This document shows positions 48,555-58,551 of a stretch of DNA of 64,000 nucleotides, piece after piece. The DNA comes from Pedosphaera sp. (GTDB taxonomy: Bacteria > Verrucomicrobiota > Verrucomicrobiia > Limisphaerales > AAA164-E04), in contig NZFL01000007.1 in assembly GCA_002690655.1 (NCBI GenBank), positions 2,003-66,002 on the forward strand, written 5' to 3'. Below the pieces are notes generated by a model, which worked only from the letters and a program-made list of their open reading frames with translations, was not told where the DNA came from and searched no databases. The translations under genes were made by a program, and so were the position numbers. The stretch's first letter is position 1. The number at the start of each line of letters is the position of its first letter.

Positions 48555-49541
48555 ATGGAGGAAAATACCGAGTTATCAAAAGAGTTTCTTGTCGAGCAAA
48601 CGGACCTCAGTACAAGGCTGGACCTCTGGTTACATCAGAGGATGCCAGATACTTCGCGAGGCATCTTGGGAAAATGGATCAAACAGGGGCACATCCTGGT
48701 AAACGCGGCAAAGACAAAAGCCACGCATAAACCAAAATCAGGCGATCGCATCACCGTGAAGGAGCCAAAACCTCGACCGATGCAACTGACCCCAATCGAC
48801 CTCCCGCTGAGCATCCTCTTCGAAGACTCCGATCTGCTGGTCATCAACAAACCACCTGGACTGGTGGTCCATCCCGCAGTCGGACATGAGCAAGGCACGC
48901 TCGTGCATGCTTTGCTCCACCACTGCAAGGGGCAGCTGAGTGGGATCGGTGGAGTGGCTCGCCCCGGTATTGTGCATCGCTTGGATCAGGATACGAGCGG
49001 GTGTCTAGTCGTCGCGAAAAACGATTCAACCCATCAGGGCCTCGCAAATCAATTTGCAGATAGAAGCACTGGAAAAACCTACCTGGCTGTAAACTGTGGA
49101 TCGGTGAGCCCTGCAAAAGGAACCATCAACGCACCCATTGCCCGTCATGCAACGCGTCGAAAAGAAATGGCAATTATGGAACATGGTCGCCCTTCCGTCA
49201 CTGATTTCAATGTGATCCAGCGGTTTGGGCGATTGGCCACATTTACAGAAGCAGTGATTCAAACCGGACGAACCCATCAGATCCGCGTACATTACAAGCA
49301 CCTGGGATACCCTCTGTTCGGTGATGCGATCTACGGTAAACGCAGCAACAGCAAACTATCCCTGTCAATACAGTTCGAACCAGCGCGTCAACTGCTGCAT
49401 GCATGGAAACTCTCGTTTCAACATCCGGGAACCAAAGAATCACTTACCCTTACAGCGCCCTTACCCGAAGATTTCAGACAGGCATTGAGGCATCTGGCTT
49501 CCATCACGGATGTCAGCGTTCAAGATTGGCTTCCTGCATGA
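48555..49541 (+). CDS. rluD: RluA/RluD-family 23S rRNA pseudouridine synthase
   Basis: It has an S4-like N-terminus, plus VHRLDQDTSGCLVVAKND and GRTHQIRVH. Confidence 0.88.
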   Translation: MEENTELSKEFLVEQTDLSTRLDLWLHQRMPDTSRGILGKWIKQGHILVNAAKTKATHKPKSGDRITVKEPKPRPMQLTPIDLPLSILFEDSDLLVINKPPGLVVHPAVGHEQGTLVHALLHHCKGQLSGIGGVARPGIVHRLDQDTSGCLVVAKNDSTHQGLANQFADRSTGKTYLAVNCGSVSPAKGTINAPIARHATRRKEMAIMEHGRPSVTDFNVIQRFGRLATFTEAVIQTGRTHQIRVHYKHLGYPLFGDAIYGKRSNSKLSLSIQFEPARQLLHAWKLSFQHPGTKESLTLTAPLPEDFRQALRHLASITDVSVQDWLPA

Positions 49542-49613
49542 CCGCGACACCGGGATTGAGTTCCCATTCCTGAAAACTTGTGAGAGTCCCAAGAGCGATG
49601 TAGGATTTGGGTC

Positions 49614-52600
49614 ATGGTCAATTCAAGCACCGTTACAAGCCTCATTTTAACATGTTGGATGGGCATGTTCTCACTTGTTGAAGGAGCGGAAAAATTGAAG
49701 CTCAAGTCAGATACCCACGTCGTTCTGGTAGGCAATGGTCTGGCGTCTCGCATGCTGCAGCACGGCTTTTTTGAAACTGAATTATTTCTCCGACATGCCA
49801 GACATCGCCTGGTCATCCGCAATATGGCCGATGAAGGAAACACACCGGGATTTCGCCCTCATTCAGGTCGTCCTTCACCATGGGCATTTCCCGGGGCGGA
49901 GGCTTATTACGCTCCACTTTCTGATGCAAAGGATCGCTGGGGATCGGGACATAAGGGACATGGAACATATGATTCACCCGATGCCTGGCTCACAAGACTC
50001 AGCGCGGATGTCATCATTGCCTTCTTTGGTTACAACGCATCTTTCAATGGCGCACAAGGGCTGGAAGCATTCAAAAATGAACTTCGCGATTTTATTCGCC
50101 ATACCATGGCACAATCCTACAACGGCATTCATCCACCAGAACTGGCACTCGTGTCACCTATTGCATTTGAAGATCTCTCTGCAAGGATCGGCACACCCAA
50201 TGGGCAGGTCGAAAACGCCAATTTAGCCCTCTACACGGCGGCGATGGAAGATGTGGCCTCTGAGTTGAATGTGCGGTTTGTCAATGCATTTGCCGCGAGC
50301 CAGATGTGGTATGATGCTTCAAGCGAACCTTTGACCCTCGATGGGTTTCAACTTTCGCGCGAAGGCAACGCACTGTTTGCCCCCTTCCTCGTGGATCAAA
50401 TCTTCGCAGCTTACGATGACACCAGTGTGAATGAGCCCGCATTGCATGCGGCAGTCATGGAGAAGAACTGGATTTGGAACAAGCTCTACAAGAGCCCGAA
50501 TGGCGTTCACGTTTACGGGCGACGGCACAGGCCGTTCGGCCCGGATAACTACCCTCATGAACTCAAAAAACTGGAGGAGATGACCGGCAACCGAGACCAG
50601 GCCATCTGGGCCATTCTCTCCAATGATTCCTTTGATCTGGAAAAAGCAGATCTAGGCACACACACCTTGCCAAGCATTGAAACCAATTATCGCCCCAGCA
50701 AGAAAAACGGCACTATTGAATATAAATACGGACAGGATGTGGTCGATACAATGACGGTTCCTGATGGCTATCGGATTGAGCTTTTTGCCTCTGAAGAAAC
50801 CTTCCCTCATTTGGCGAACCCGGTTCAGATGTCATTCGATAACGCAGGTCGTCTTTGGGTTTCAACCATGCCGAGCTACCCGCATTACCAACCGGGTGAT
50901 CCAAAGCCCAACGATAAACTCATCATCCTTGAGGACATCGACATGGACGGCAAGGCGGACAAGCAAATCATTTTTGCAGAAGGATTGCATCTTCCCACAG
51001 GTTTCGAATTTGCACCTGAAGGCGTTTATGTTGCACAGGGAAACCACCTCATTCTTCTTACCGATACGAATGGCGACGATAAAGCGGACCAACGCCAGAC
51101 CATAATGAGTGGATTCGACGACCATGACACTCATCATGTGATCAGCGCTTTTTGTGCTGATCCGGTCGGAGCCATTTACATGGGGGAAGGAACATTTCTG
51201 CATAGCAACGTGGAAACCCCTTATGGCCCCGTCCGAAGTTCCAACGGAGGATTTTTCAGATTCGATCCCAGGAGAAAACACCTCGAGCGTAGTGCACGAT
51301 TATCCATCCCCAACCCATGGGGAACCGCTTTTGATGATTGGGGTCAAATCTTTTTCACTGACACCTCGGACCCTAATGTTCGCTGGATGACACCAGGAAC
51401 CGTGGCGGTGCCTTATGGCTCTTTCTCTCCCAATCCAGTCAATTTGATTGAAGACGCACATCGAGTCCGTCCAACTTCGGGGCTGGAATTCATTTCAAGC
51501 CGTCATTTTCCAGATGAAGTGCAAGGTGATCTGTTGATTCATAACACCATTGGCTTCCTGGGTACCAAGCAGCATTCCATGAAAGATGCAGACACCGGGT
51601 TCGAAAGCCACTTTCAGCAGGACCTTCTGAAAGGTCGGGATGGAAATTTCCGGCCGGTCGATATGGAATTTGCACCAGATGGATCCCTCTACCTCGTGGA
51701 CTGGCACAATGTCCTTGTAGGTCACATGCAGCACAGTGCCAGAGATCCGTTGCGAGATCATGTCCACGGTCGAATCTACCGTATTACCTATCCCTCGCGC
51801 CCTCTCGTCAAACCCGCCGCCATTGTAGATGCACCTTTGGCGCAATTGTTGGATAATCTCAAGCTTCCGGAATACAGAACAAGATACCGCACTCGCCGGG
51901 AACTTAGAGGACGTGATCCAGAAAAAGTCCTCTCAGCCTTGAAGCGCTGGATTAGAGAACTTGAATCAACGTCTCCACATTACGAGCATCATCTGGTCGA
52001 AGCCATGTGGGTTGGGTGGGGAATGGACAGGATTGATCCCAATCTGCTGAAGCGCCTTTTCACTTCCAAGGACTTCAGGGCGCGCGCTGCGGCTGTGCGC
52101 GCGGTACGATACAATCGACATCAAATCCCGGACTCAAACGCCTTACTGCATCAGGCGGCCCAAGACACCCATGGCAGGGTTCGTCTGGAAGCCATTGTCG
52201 CAGCTTCCTGGTTAAACCCAAAGGAAGGATTGCCCATTGTTCAGGAAGCGGCAAAAAAACCCATCGATACATGGATCCAACCTTTTTACGAAACGGCGCT
52301 GAAGCATCTCAAAGGCGAAACCATTCCGACTGAGAAATGGTCAACTCCCGAAACAACCCTGACCGGGAGGGCCAGAAAGCTCTATTTGCAAGGGGCAGAA
52401 ATCTACCGTCGTGAAGGACATTGTATCACATGTCATCAGGAAAACGGGCAGGGACTTCCAGCCGCACAATTCCCTCCTCTCGCCGAATCGGAATGGGTAT
52501 CTGGTGATCGAAATCGCTTGATCAAATTGACGCTGCATGGACTCCTTGGCCCTATCAAGGTCAAAGGCGTCGCCTATCAGGGACTTGTTCCCATGACTCC

Positions 52601-52757
52601 TTTCAAGGGACTTTCCAACGAGGAACTGGCATCAGTCCTTACCTATGTTCGGAATTCATTTGGCAATGAAGCCTCAAGCATCCAACCAGAACACATCGAA
52701 GCGATTCGGAAGGCAACACGCGATCAGAAAGGTTTTCTGAGATCTGAGGATTTATGA
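49614..52757 (+). CDS. PVC-type heme-binding CxxCH protein (SGNH-like N-terminus, membrane-bound-dehydrogenase beta-propeller domain, HEAT repeats, C-terminal cytochrome c)
   Basis: The 1047-aa ORF contains DMDGKADKQIIFAEGLHLPTGFEFAPEGVYVAQ and HEAT-like segments (FRARAAAVRAV..., GRVRLEAIVAASWL). The heme motif is GHCITCHQENGQGLP, with ...LVPMTPF further on. Confidence 0.8.
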   Translation: MVNSSTVTSLILTCWMGMFSLVEGAEKLKLKSDTHVVLVGNGLASRMLQHGFFETELFLRHARHRLVIRNMADEGNTPGFRPHSGRPSPWAFPGAEAYYAPLSDAKDRWGSGHKGHGTYDSPDAWLTRLSADVIIAFFGYNASFNGAQGLEAFKNELRDFIRHTMAQSYNGIHPPELALVSPIAFEDLSARIGTPNGQVENANLALYTAAMEDVASELNVRFVNAFAASQMWYDASSEPLTLDGFQLSREGNALFAPFLVDQIFAAYDDTSVNEPALHAAVMEKNWIWNKLYKSPNGVHVYGRRHRPFGPDNYPHELKKLEEMTGNRDQAIWAILSNDSFDLEKADLGTHTLPSIETNYRPSKKNGTIEYKYGQDVVDTMTVPDGYRIELFASEETFPHLANPVQMSFDNAGRLWVSTMPSYPHYQPGDPKPNDKLIILEDIDMDGKADKQIIFAEGLHLPTGFEFAPEGVYVAQGNHLILLTDTNGDDKADQRQTIMSGFDDHDTHHVISAFCADPVGAIYMGEGTFLHSNVETPYGPVRSSNGGFFRFDPRRKHLERSARLSIPNPWGTAFDDWGQIFFTDTSDPNVRWMTPGTVAVPYGSFSPNPVNLIEDAHRVRPTSGLEFISSRHFPDEVQGDLLIHNTIGFLGTKQHSMKDADTGFESHFQQDLLKGRDGNFRPVDMEFAPDGSLYLVDWHNVLVGHMQHSARDPLRDHVHGRIYRITYPSRPLVKPAAIVDAPLAQLLDNLKLPEYRTRYRTRRELRGRDPEKVLSALKRWIRELESTSPHYEHHLVEAMWVGWGMDRIDPNLLKRLFTSKDFRARAAAVRAVRYNRHQIPDSNALLHQAAQDTHGRVRLEAIVAASWLNPKEGLPIVQEAAKKPIDTWIQPFYETALKHLKGETIPTEKWSTPETTLTGRARKLYLQGAEIYRREGHCITCHQENGQGLPAAQFPPLAESEWVSGDRNRLIKLTLHGLLGPIKVKGVAYQGLVPMTPFKGLSNEELASVLTYVRNSFGNEASSIQPEHIEAIRKATRDQKGFLRSEDL

Positions 52758-53707
52758 AATTGATTCCTATCATTGCCTCAGGACTGGTCATCACGGTTAC
52801 ATGTGCGCTGGCAAATGTTCGATGTGAGGAGAATCAACATCACATTGTTATCACGCGCAATGGAAAGCATGTCCTGACTTACCATAAAACCGTTAAAACC
52901 CCCCCAGGAATAGAAGAGAAATACGGACGCAGTGGCTTCATCCACCCCATTTCCACTCCGTCAGGAAAAATCATCACGGATGATTATCCCGTGCCACATC
53001 ACAGTCACCAGCACGGCATGTTTTTTGCCTGGAAAAAGGCAAGCTTCGAGAACGAGCAACTCAATTTCTGGGAACCCGGTCATGCTTCCATACGCCATGA
53101 ACAGGTATTGAAAATCATCAACCAAGAACACGCTGCAGGATTTCGTGTCGAACTGGCTCACCTGCTGGGTAAACAGCGCATTCTAAAAGAAATCTGGAAT
53201 GTCAAGGTTGAGGCCAGGACGGGTCATATCGACTTCCGCTCGGATCAGATGTGTGCAACGCATTCCTCCTTAACGGTGGAACAACATCATTATGGAGGTA
53301 TGGCTATTCGGGGCAACCGACAATGGTTCAAGGATGCACACACGTCAGCAGGGAAAGGTGCTCGGAAGGATACGTTTATTGAAGTCTGCAAGATGATCAC
53401 CAGTGAAGGCTTATCGCAAAAAAATGGTAACCACAGCCGTCCTGACTGGGTTTGCATGACGGGTAAAATTGATCAGGCTCCTGTTTCAATCACACTCATA
53501 CCACATCCGTCTAATTTCAGGCATCCGCAGCATGTCAGACTCCACCCTGACATGCCCTATTTCTGCTATGCTCCCATGGTGAATGAACGCTTTATGATTG
53601 CACCGGGCAAACCACTGATTTCACGCTTTAGAATCATCGCAGAAGACGGCGAACCTGATGCCGGAATATTGAATTCTATTCAAAAGGTTTACGCTCTCAT
53701 TGAGTGA
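52754..53707 (+). CDS. DUF6807 / PmoA-family protein
   Basis: It contains GFIHPISTPSGKIITDDYPVPHHSHQHGMFFAWKK...LNFWE. An ATGA overlap links it to the upstream heme-binding gene. Confidence 0.7.
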   Translation: MKLIPIIASGLVITVTCALANVRCEENQHHIVITRNGKHVLTYHKTVKTPPGIEEKYGRSGFIHPISTPSGKIITDDYPVPHHSHQHGMFFAWKKASFENEQLNFWEPGHASIRHEQVLKIINQEHAAGFRVELAHLLGKQRILKEIWNVKVEARTGHIDFRSDQMCATHSSLTVEQHHYGGMAIRGNRQWFKDAHTSAGKGARKDTFIEVCKMITSEGLSQKNGNHSRPDWVCMTGKIDQAPVSITLIPHPSNFRHPQHVRLHPDMPYFCYAPMVNERFMIAPGKPLISRFRIIAEDGEPDAGILNSIQKVYALIE

Positions 53708-53796
53708 GACTGGCCCTTCAATAAAAAGCACATTGATCGGATTGTGCCCTGATTCGCACAGTTACCCTATGGGAATTATATGGCAGCAATGAGAAC

Positions 53797-54159
53797 ATGA
53801 GCGCATTTGAAGATCGATCGACATATCAGGGAAGCAATCGATGGACTTTTGGCTGGATGCTTGCGACAGGATATCTGTTTGCCTTTGCTGCCATGACTTT
53901 ATCCAATCCTTGGAGCATGGAAATTGGATGTGCCTTTGGATGCTTGCTCAGCGGACTCATGATTCAGGCGTCCCGCTCTGCTTACTTCCTGAATCAATGG
54001 GATGCCTTTTTGCATTGGGCGGTTGTGCTGGATATTTTTTTAGAGGCAATCCTCATCCCTTCTCATGATCACTGGGGCTTCTTGCTCTGCGGATTGGCCT
54101 TTGGAACGGTAATCTTCTCTTACAGGAATCACCAGCTCAAGATCCAGAGTGCAGGGTAA
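53797..54159 (+). CDS. hypothetical membrane protein (120 aa, 3-4 TM)
   Basis: The ORF starts with ATG and has several hydrophobic segments. A stem-loop follows it. Confidence 0.45.
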   Translation: MSAFEDRSTYQGSNRWTFGWMLATGYLFAFAAMTLSNPWSMEIGCAFGCLLSGLMIQASRSAYFLNQWDAFLHWAVVLDIFLEAILIPSHDHWGFLLCGLAFGTVIFSYRNHQLKIQSAG

Positions 54160-54163
54160 GAAA

Positions 54164-54193
54164 ACAGGCGGACTCCTTTTGGAATCCGCCTGT
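54164..54193. terminator. stem-loop between convergent genes (probable bidirectional terminator)
   Basis: ACAGGCGGACTCC-tttt-GGAATCCGCCTGT forms a 13-bp stem with one mismatch. On the minus strand it is followed by TTTCTT. Confidence 0.6.
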
Positions 54194-54229
54194 CTACTGT
54201 AAAGTTTTGAGGATTCTCTGGAATCCGAA

Positions 54230-55672
54230 TCAAGTAATCGCTGGCACCTCAAAAGGCTTACGGTAAACACGCGTCAACATTTCGTTGGCACGTTCATTCC
54301 CCAGAAAGGCCGTTCGAGTCGCGTCCATCTTGAGGTGCTGTCCCAGACTGACTGGAGTCAAGTTGAGATCCACATCATTCACCTGAATATGTTCCAGCAT
54401 GCGGCCAATAGACTCGGCTGCCAGTGCATCCCCTTTGATCTGTTCGAGTACTTGACCAGGAGACGCATTGCCACCGAGATAATAAGAAATATTACCGGTG
54501 TGACAAAGCGCGCTGGAAACGTGTCCTTCCCAAATGTCTGCATTCAGGTCACGTCGCTTGCGACTTCGAACCGCTTTGATGCAATTGGCAAAATGATCCC
54601 CTCCTCCGGAGAATTTCCGGATCTCCTTTCCATTGTGCTCATAAGCAGTAGCTGTGCTGTAGGAAGGAATCACCATATAACCATTTTCACAGTCGACCAC
54701 CACCCCTACATCCACCCCACGATATTTCGGACGTGCATTGTTTTGAGCATAAGCCCCCAGACCACGCACTTCGAAAATCAACGGAGCTTTTTCATAGTTG
54801 TGAAAGACGATTTGAGTGTTCGCTGTATCTCCATCATCAATGTAACCAAGGCGGCCACCAATACTGAATACCTCGGGCGATAACTGATCTTCACCCAGAA
54901 TCCAACGTGCAATGTCCATTTGATGAATGCCTTGATTGCCCAGATCGCCGTTACCTGTATCTCGCACCCAATGCCAGTCATAATGCAGACGATCGCGCAT
55001 CAAGGGCTTCAATGGAGCTGGCCCTGTCCAAAGATCAAAATCAATACGGGAAGGCACCGCCTGAGGTCCATCAACTTTGCCTATGGATTTACGGCGCTTG
55101 TAACAAAGACCGCGAGCGACGCGGACTTTACCAAGGTTTCCATCTCGGATGAACTTGACCGCTTCCTGCATACCCGGATTGGATCGGCACTGAGTACCTG
55201 TCTGAACAATCTTTTTATGCTTACGTGCTGCATTGACGATTTGCTGACCTTCCCAGACATTGTGAGAGACCGGCTTTTCAACATACACGTCCTTGCCAGC
55301 CATAATCGCTTCGACACTGATCAGAGAATGCGTATGGTTTGGTGTGGCAATCGAAATTAAATCAATTTCCTTATCTTCAAGCAGCCTGCGGTAATCGGAA
55401 TACGTTTTGAGTTTTTGGCCGGGCTGGCTGTATTTCTCTGCACCTTTCTCGAGCACATCCTGATCAACATCACACAAGGCAGCTAATCGGACTCCGGGCT
55501 GACTACTGAAGCCATCAATATGACTCTTGCCACGTCCCCGAAATCCCACAACACCCACTCGGATTTCTTCATTGGCGCCGAGCACTCGATTGAACGGATC
55601 TACCATCGCAAAGGTTGTGGCGGCAGCGGCTCCAATTTTGACAAATTGTCTCCGCTTCATTGTTTTTTTCAT
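54230..55672 (-). CDS. Gfo/Idh/MocA-family oxidoreductase with Tat signal
   Basis: It starts MKKTMKRRQFVKIGAAAATTFAM, followed by IRVGVVGFRGRGKSH (Rossmann). The start is set at ATG 55672, which removes the overlap with the upstream gene. Confidence 0.85.
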   Translation of the reverse strand: MKKTMKRRQFVKIGAAAATTFAMVDPFNRVLGANEEIRVGVVGFRGRGKSHIDGFSSQPGVRLAALCDVDQDVLEKGAEKYSQPGQKLKTYSDYRRLLEDKEIDLISIATPNHTHSLISVEAIMAGKDVYVEKPVSHNVWEGQQIVNAARKHKKIVQTGTQCRSNPGMQEAVKFIRDGNLGKVRVARGLCYKRRKSIGKVDGPQAVPSRIDFDLWTGPAPLKPLMRDRLHYDWHWVRDTGNGDLGNQGIHQMDIARWILGEDQLSPEVFSIGGRLGYIDDGDTANTQIVFHNYEKAPLIFEVRGLGAYAQNNARPKYRGVDVGVVVDCENGYMVIPSYSTATAYEHNGKEIRKFSGGGDHFANCIKAVRSRKRRDLNADIWEGHVSSALCHTGNISYYLGGNASPGQVLEQIKGDALAAESIGRMLEHIQVNDVDLNLTPVSLGQHLKMDATRTAFLGNERANEMLTRVYRKPFEVPAIT

Positions 55673-55722
55673 ACAGATTGGTTTTGAAATATGGCTGAAA
55701 TGCGTCTTTTCAATACTGAGAG

Positions 55723-56706
55723 TTACTCCTTGCTGAATAATTCGTAACGATGCCCCACCTGCCCGGTTGTGGTATCTCCCTGATGGAAGTAAAAACGATA
55801 AGCCCACTTGAGATTTCCACCCTTTTTGATGGTCAAATCACCTGTCCCAGCCTCTTTTCGCTCGAAATGATGCACTCCAAAAGGGTTGGCTGCAAACAAA
55901 CCATAATCACGCACATGCCACCAGGTAGGATGACGAGGGTTCTCTGGGTGATCAAAAATTGCGACTCCGACAACATCCTCATTGACAGGGCCATGATAGT
56001 CTACCCATTTGGCCCTTTTGCCCCAAGTCTCGCCATCTTTGACACCCTCACTGTTCTCGATGTGTCCTTTCGCTACTTTACCCTTCAAACGCATGGTAGG
56101 AGCCAATCGCAAAGCCATACTTCCCTCCTTGGTATCACCCATCACGATTTCACCATGGGATGCTCTTACCTCGATATCAAAATCCACTACACGCTCTGAA
56201 GAGGGCCGGTTATGAATGGTCATGGTTCGCACATCGGATCCCACAATTTTTCCGTCTTTGGCCACCAAATGGTTTAGGGTCTTTATGACACCTGATTTTC
56301 TCCCTGAAGTGATGCGTAGAAAGGCCACATGTCGGGTGGTTCCCGCTTTGTCACTTTCGGACCAGAAATCATGTCCATTAATATCGCCATGCGCATACCA
56401 GAAGGATCGATGATGTGGATGATCATGAGACTCACCCTCGCCCTCCGCCATCGGCCAGTTGCGGGTCATCGCATGCCCCTCAGGCCCCATCACAGGATAA
56501 AAGAAAGGGCGTGAAACATCCTGATAATGATACTCGGTAAAAAACTCCCCGTTAATCTCAACGCGTAGTTTGCCGTCCACCGGAGAAATCAATACACCCT
56601 TGAAGACATTTTCACCACCTAGAACACCAGTTGGAAAAAAAAGAATAAAAGCAGCAAGCACGGCAAGGCATGCCGATCGAATGAATAAACGCAAATGGAA
56701 GTACAT
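55723..56706 (-). CDS. DUF6807 / PmoA-family protein, secreted
   Basis: It contains SRPFFYPVMGPEGHAMTRNWPM...SHDHPHHRSFWYAHGDINGHDFWSE. A signal or TM segment begins at MYFHLRLFIRSACLAVLAAFILF. Confidence 0.75.
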   Translation of the reverse strand: MYFHLRLFIRSACLAVLAAFILFFPTGVLGGENVFKGVLISPVDGKLRVEINGEFFTEYHYQDVSRPFFYPVMGPEGHAMTRNWPMAEGEGESHDHPHHRSFWYAHGDINGHDFWSESDKAGTTRHVAFLRITSGRKSGVIKTLNHLVAKDGKIVGSDVRTMTIHNRPSSERVVDFDIEVRASHGEIVMGDTKEGSMALRLAPTMRLKGKVAKGHIENSEGVKDGETWGKRAKWVDYHGPVNEDVVGVAIFDHPENPRHPTWWHVRDYGLFAANPFGVHHFERKEAGTGDLTIKKGGNLKWAYRFYFHQGDTTTGQVGHRYELFSKE

Positions 56707-57317
56707 GATGCAAATAATGAAAAAGTTTTGTAATTTTGCAACAAAAAGGTCGCGGCAATTAGCCCTTTTATGAGTCATTGATTGAATATTGCATTGGAAG
56801 GAACTGAGCAAGATTGGACTCTCAATCCACAAGAAATGTAGATCAAATGCATGAATCCATCTGGTAAATTATCAGGCAATAATCAATGAAATCATCTTCT
56901 TATCTTATCCCTCTGATTGCATTGACTAGCATAGTGGCTCGATTCTCAATAGCAGCCATGGCCGGTGAGAAGAAGACTATCGATTCCAGGAAAATCAAAG
57001 CGCTTTTTGTATGCTACTGCACTATTGGCCGCGCAGTGGATGGTAAAGGTGAGACCAGCGGGAGAGAAAGCTGGCGCCTGGAATCGCTGAAAAACTACAG
57101 CAGAAAAAACCAGGATTAAGAGCGTGCTCAAAGGTCTTAAAAACAAAGAAGGAAAAGGATTACTGGATCCTTTGGAGAAGGGTTGAAAGCATACGAAGCA
57201 AAGACATTGATTAAATAAATGCGAAAATTTTCAGCTGCGAAAAAGAAATGAACCGACTACCTGAATACGCCCGCAGCTTGCAGAGAACGTCGCCCCATCA
57301 AATTGGAAGGATTTCAT

Positions 57318-58085
57318 TTATTTGGAAGAGACGTGAAAAATGAGGTGGTAACCTACCGACATGAGAGTGATATCCACAATAATATGAGACACCCATGCTC
57401 CGATCAATGATTGGTGACGCACCATCAACCAGGACCAAATTGCCCCCGCTACGCCCACAGTCAGACCGTATATCCAGCCAATTGGCCCATGAAAAAACTG
57501 TGTAGTCACGACTATATGGTGTGAAGCAAAACCAAGAGCACCCACCCCATATGCCAGGCTCTTCGAATTCAAGAATCGATGAAGATTCCCAAACACAAAC
57601 CAGCGCCAGTAATATTCCTCCAACAGACTGTGCAAAAAAGACAAAAACAAACCAAAGATTACGAAATGAGATATAACTCCCATTTGTTCAGCTTTTTCAC
57701 GCACGACAGCAGCATGTTCAAATACCGCGTTTCCAAAAGGAGAAAACAACACAAAGAGGACACACAGCGACATCAGGATTCCACATCCCACTCCCTCCAT
57801 TACAATGTTCCATTGGAACTTGAACATTGCTCCAAGCTTACCAAGCCCTTCCTTCAAGAGGAAAAATGCTCCAAATACAGGCCATACAAAGGTAAACAAC
57901 TTGATCGAAGCATAGACAGGTTGCACCCAATTCGATTCAGCGAACCAGACAAAATAAAAAAGCGCCCCGATGCACGGAATGATTAGAGCAGGAAAAACTC
58001 CAATCCAGAGAACGTATTTTTGCAATGGAAAATTGTGTTTCACTGATAATGGAACCGAAACCATTTCGTGCAGGTATACCCGCAT
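57318..58085 (-). CDS. CPBP-family (CAAX/Abi) intramembrane glutamic endopeptidase
   Basis: It is multi-TM and contains SLLEEYYWRWFVFGNL (EExxxR), then ...FASHHIV... and ...WVSHIIVD. The start is uncertain (58085 or 58064; the longest ORF reaches 58166). Confidence 0.75.
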   Translation of the reverse strand: MRVYLHEMVSVPLSVKHNFPLQKYVLWIGVFPALIIPCIGALFYFVWFAESNWVQPVYASIKLFTFVWPVFGAFFLLKEGLGKLGAMFKFQWNIVMEGVGCGILMSLCVLFVLFSPFGNAVFEHAAVVREKAEQMGVISHFVIFGLFLSFLHSLLEEYYWRWFVFGNLHRFLNSKSLAYGVGALGFASHHIVVTTQFFHGPIGWIYGLTVGVAGAIWSWLMVRHQSLIGAWVSHIIVDITLMSVGYHLIFHVSSK

Positions 58086-58250
58086 CAATGCACAGTGTTT
58101 CAAGTAAATGCATTTACTCCCCTTGAGGCAGAAGATAAACAACCGACTTATTACGCAATCCAACAATCAATTATCCTGACCCTAGAGTAAAGAATCGCAG
58201 AGCCATGCTGACGGTCGACGATTACAAATCAGAATATTTTATTTTATCTG

Positions 58251-58280
58251 TTGACCATACATAGAAAGGCTGATTATATA
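58251..58280 (+). promoter_or_regulatory. candidate sigma70-type promoter (TTGACC, 17/18-nt spacer, TTATAT/TATATA) with A/T-rich UP-like tract
   Basis: TTGACC is at 58251-58256 and TATATA at 58275-58280. An A/T-rich tract (agaatattttattttatctg) lies immediately upstream. It sits in the divergent spacer between the CPBP gene and def. Confidence 0.35.
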
Positions 58281-58421
58281 AATCCCATAACTTTTAGGAT
58301 TTTCGGGCTGGTAAGTCTCATTAGCTTACTTACTCACATAACTTTTCTGATTAAAGCGGTAAAACGTTGAGATCAGGATACTACAACATCCTACATATTA
58401 AACACTGGTTCTGAAAATTCC

Positions 58422-58466
58422 CCGGGCCCTTAGCCATCCTCTGGCGATAGGGCCCGGTTTTGATTT
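58422..58466 (+). terminator. intrinsic-terminator-like hairpin in the def upstream region
   Basis: CCGGGCCCT (58422-30) pairs perfectly with AGGGCCCGG (58449-57). An inner GCCA/TGGC pairing is also possible. TTTTGATTT follows the stem, which lies about 90 nt upstream of the def ATG. Confidence 0.5.
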
Positions 58467-58551
58467 ATAAGGGGCCTTTTATTCGAGTGTCAGTCTCCGC
58501 CTCGCTGATTTGATCTTGCCGCATGGCCACCTCTTTAACACAATTCCATCA

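Noticed and set aside
56886-57146. Two mutually antisense small ORFs (56886-57119 +, 77 aa; 56946-57146 -, 66 aa, TTG start) each have a signal-peptide-like N-terminus. They lie between the DUF6807 gene and the CPBP protease gene, so a bacteriocin or immunity-style peptide was considered.
   Set aside because: I cannot decide which strand, if either, is coding. Neither has a convincing ribosome-binding site or a known motif. The hydrophobic N-termini mirror each other as expected for antisense frames. Both are left unannotated pending expression data.
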